Origin: the human T2T-CHM13v2.0 reference genome, Homo sapiens
Assembly (NCBI RefSeq): GCF_009914755.1
Contig: NC_060928.1
Strand: one strand, 5' to 3'
Length of the DNA stretch: 64,000 nt
A program made the translations under genes and the position numbers. The notes beneath the pieces were generated by a model that searched no databases, was not told where the DNA came from, and saw only the letters and a list, made by a program, of their open reading frames with translations. Of the stretch, positions 59,471-64,000 are shown one piece after another. Position 1 is the first letter of the stretch; the number at the start of each line of letters is the position of its first letter.

Positions 59471-61637
59471 CTTTTTGTGTGGGAAATAAAAAAGACTCAA
59501 AACTTAAGATCTTCTGAGTACAGATGTTACAGCTGACAGAGTGAGCTAGAGGGACTGACAGAATAATTTATAATGTCATCTTAGTTACTGTACTATAATT
59601 GCAGACAGAATTTTAGATTAAGTAGGTCAGTTTCTAGGATGATTTACAACCTCTTCAATGAAAAGGGAGTTGAAAGTATGAGTAACACATATTAAAATAC
59701 ATGTAAATACCAATGTTTCCTTTTTAAAAAACAGTTCTTACTGGATGTTTTTATATTTGCATCTTAAGAGAACACAAACTGCAAATTTTAGAAAACTCTC
59801 ATCTTTGAAATTTCCCAGAGAGCTTATTAAAAATGGAATTTGTTCATTGCCTAGAGTATTGGAAGGTGTTGCACAAATGCAGACTCTTTAGGATTTTGCA
59901 TGTCTTGCATCTGGTTTATAATGTTATTTATTATGCAAAGAACACAGTATGATGGCTACAATGTGAAAATAGAGAGACAGTAGTTGCCAAGTAGGTCTGG
60001 AAAATATAAGACTGCCAGTTTGGAAAAAAAAACAGAAGGAAAGGCCAAGTGCTTTATTTTATAGGAAAAGGTTTGCATTGTCAGTAGTGTAGGGATTGAC
60101 AACTTGTCTTAATGTTATCTTTTTTTTTTAAGTTGGCTGCTACCATTAAAACCACTTCTTGAAAATAAAAAGTTATGTCTAGTAAACATTTATCTTATTT
60201 AGAATGCTCAAAAGTATCAGACCATTAAAGCTGTAACACAAGTTTCTTTTCTAGCTGTTTTAATGGAGAGAAAGACTATGATAAACAAATTTTGCTTGAG
60301 TGAGAGGAAAGAAACAGGTCTGGAATATGGGGCATTGTGTGGGGTATGGCAGACCTTGGTGGGGTGTCAAAAGTGGGCTCTGAGAAGCATAAAGCACTAG
60401 GCAGTGAGAAATCTGAAAAGGAAGAGATTTATCCAAATACATTTTGATATTATTGCCAGGCAACAGCAAGCTAACTTTTTGCCTGCCTGCCCACCCGCCT
60501 GCCCACCTGCCTGCCTAAAGGGTAGATCTGGAATTTTTTTTCCAAGGCCATGAGAGAGAGCCTCATCTATTTGGGATCACTTAAGAGTTGTTTTGCCTAA
60601 TGTGGGAAGACAAATTGTTCATGGTTTCCAGTGGACATCCCTTGGCATCAGCGAACTAATAAGGACCCCCCCCAACTCAACTACCCACACCTGGTGATCC
60701 ACGGGGCTAAGACTAACTCCTCCCCAACCCCACACTACCACATCATCATTTCCATTTTGTATAAGATGGTTCCTTGACTTTTCCTCCCAGCTGCAGTTTA
60801 TTGTACCAAGAGTGACTATTGACCAACGCTGGACCAATCTGAGCACTTACTCTACAAATTTGGAATTGAGGTGGATAAGGAGTAGAGGCAAGGATGAAGA
60901 AAGAGAAGGAGGGAGATTGATTCAATTTCCCTATGAGACAGATCAGTAATCTACACACTTGTGAGTTGTGTGTGGCCTTATTCTGCCAGGCAGACAGGGA
61001 AACAGAGTAAGCTGGGGTGCATGGACAGAAGAATGTGATGGTTACATAGAGAGAAACACAAATGGGAGGCACAGAGGAAATCAGGCCCACATGTCCCTTA
61101 TGCTTCCATCAGATACCGCTGCAGTCATATCATAAATTCTCCTTGTTTGCTTCACTTAATTCAACTGGATTTGGTTTTTGTCACTAAGAGGCTCCCAACT
61201 AGATACACCATTTTCTCCTCTTTATCACCCTAATGCTATGAAGTTCACTTCCTTTTCTCTTTTTGAAAGAGGAGGAAAAATCGACAAATTCTTCAGCTAT
61301 ACAGTTCCCTTGGGCTTGTGTCCTCCATATGGATTATGGAACATAAAAACCATGTCAACTTTGTTATCTCCCATCGCAGCTGATGTTTGGAACCATTATC
61401 GGTACATATGCTTAAATTGAAAAATAACAGTTTAAAACCGAGATAGTGATGTGAAAGCACCTGGCAGGTTGCCTTTCCCAGTAAATATGATTTAGATGCC
61501 ATTGGATACCAAGAACAGAGGCTCACTCAAGTTTTCGTTTTGTTTTGTTTTTTAATAGTGGGTTTTCAGAAAGATATACATAGACAAAAAGAATCTCACC
61601 TACAAGCTAAGGCCTGGCATTGCAGTTCTAAGCCCTA

Positions 61638-61802
61638 ATTTTTCTTTTTTTTTCTTTTTTTTTTTGAGACGATATCACCCAGGCTGGAGTGCACTGGCCC
61701 AATCACAGCTCACCGCAGCCTCCAATCCTGGGCTCAAGCAATCCTCCCACCTCAGCTTCCTCAGTAGTTGAGACTACAGGTGCATGCCAGTATGCCCAGC
61801 TC

Positions 61803-61873
<71 letters not shown>

Positions 61874-61900
61874 GTGTATGTGTGTGTGTGTGTATGTGTA

Positions 61901-61931
<31 letters not shown>

Positions 61932-62028
61932 TAGCTGGTCTCAAACCCCTGACTTCAACTTCAAGCCATCCTCCTGCCTTGGCCTCCCAAAGCACTGGGA
62001 TTACAGGTATGAGCTGTGGCACCCAGCC
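61638..62028 (-). mobile_element. AluJ with (ATGTAT)n/(GT)n microsatellite in the central linker (61804-61931)
   Basis: Both Alu arms flank the array; TAAGCCCT repeated on both sides. Confidence 0.9.
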
Positions 62029-62229
62029 TGTAAGCCCTGAATTTTCTAGCTAATCATTCAGTAGCAAAAGTTTGCTGACCCTCCACAATTAACAATTATA
62101 GTGGGTTGGTTCCTCTTTGTCTCCACCTTTATTGCTTCTGCCTCTCCTGTCCACCTTCTATTCAGTCTCTTTTCTCTACCTCATTGTTTTCTGTTTTTTC
62201 TTACTCATTGTCTCTCTCTCGCGCGCGCC

Positions 62230-63985
<1,756 letters not shown>

Positions 63986-64000
63986 TAAGGCAAAAAGATT

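Overview
Primate (almost certainly human) genomic DNA, not microbial. The only functional gene feature I can support is a CpG-island promoter (~2030-3230) with a non-coding first exon on the minus strand (splice donor at 2263/2262). I recognise this exon from memory as the 5' UTR of cyclin I (CCNI); bases 1-2262 are its intron 1. The rest is repeat-dense upstream/intergenic sequence. It holds two processed pseudogenes with poly(A) and target-site duplications (RPL7L1, 8382-10279; UBFD1, ~38998-40237), a twin-primed 5'-inverted L1PA (12923-14891), older L1M pieces, roughly 50 Alu/FLAM copies, many solo LTRs (MER4, MER50, MER41, LTR8, LTR1/27-group, THE1/MST/MLT), MIR/L2 and DNA-transposon relics, and a strong CTCF motif at ~22323. 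Nearly all ORFs in the supplied track are Alu, L1 or microsatellite artefacts. I found no convincing new biological system. The best leads are: a 292-codon UBFD1 retrocopy ORF kept open by compensating frameshifts; a stack of uORFs plus a TOP-like start in the CCNI leader; an RPL7L1 retrocopy that may preserve a poison-exon isoform; a 122-bp inverted templated copy of a neighbouring LTR; and an unexplained 40-bp direct repeat. Gene and repeat-subfamily names come from memory, not database searches. Boundaries without a stated TSD are approximate.
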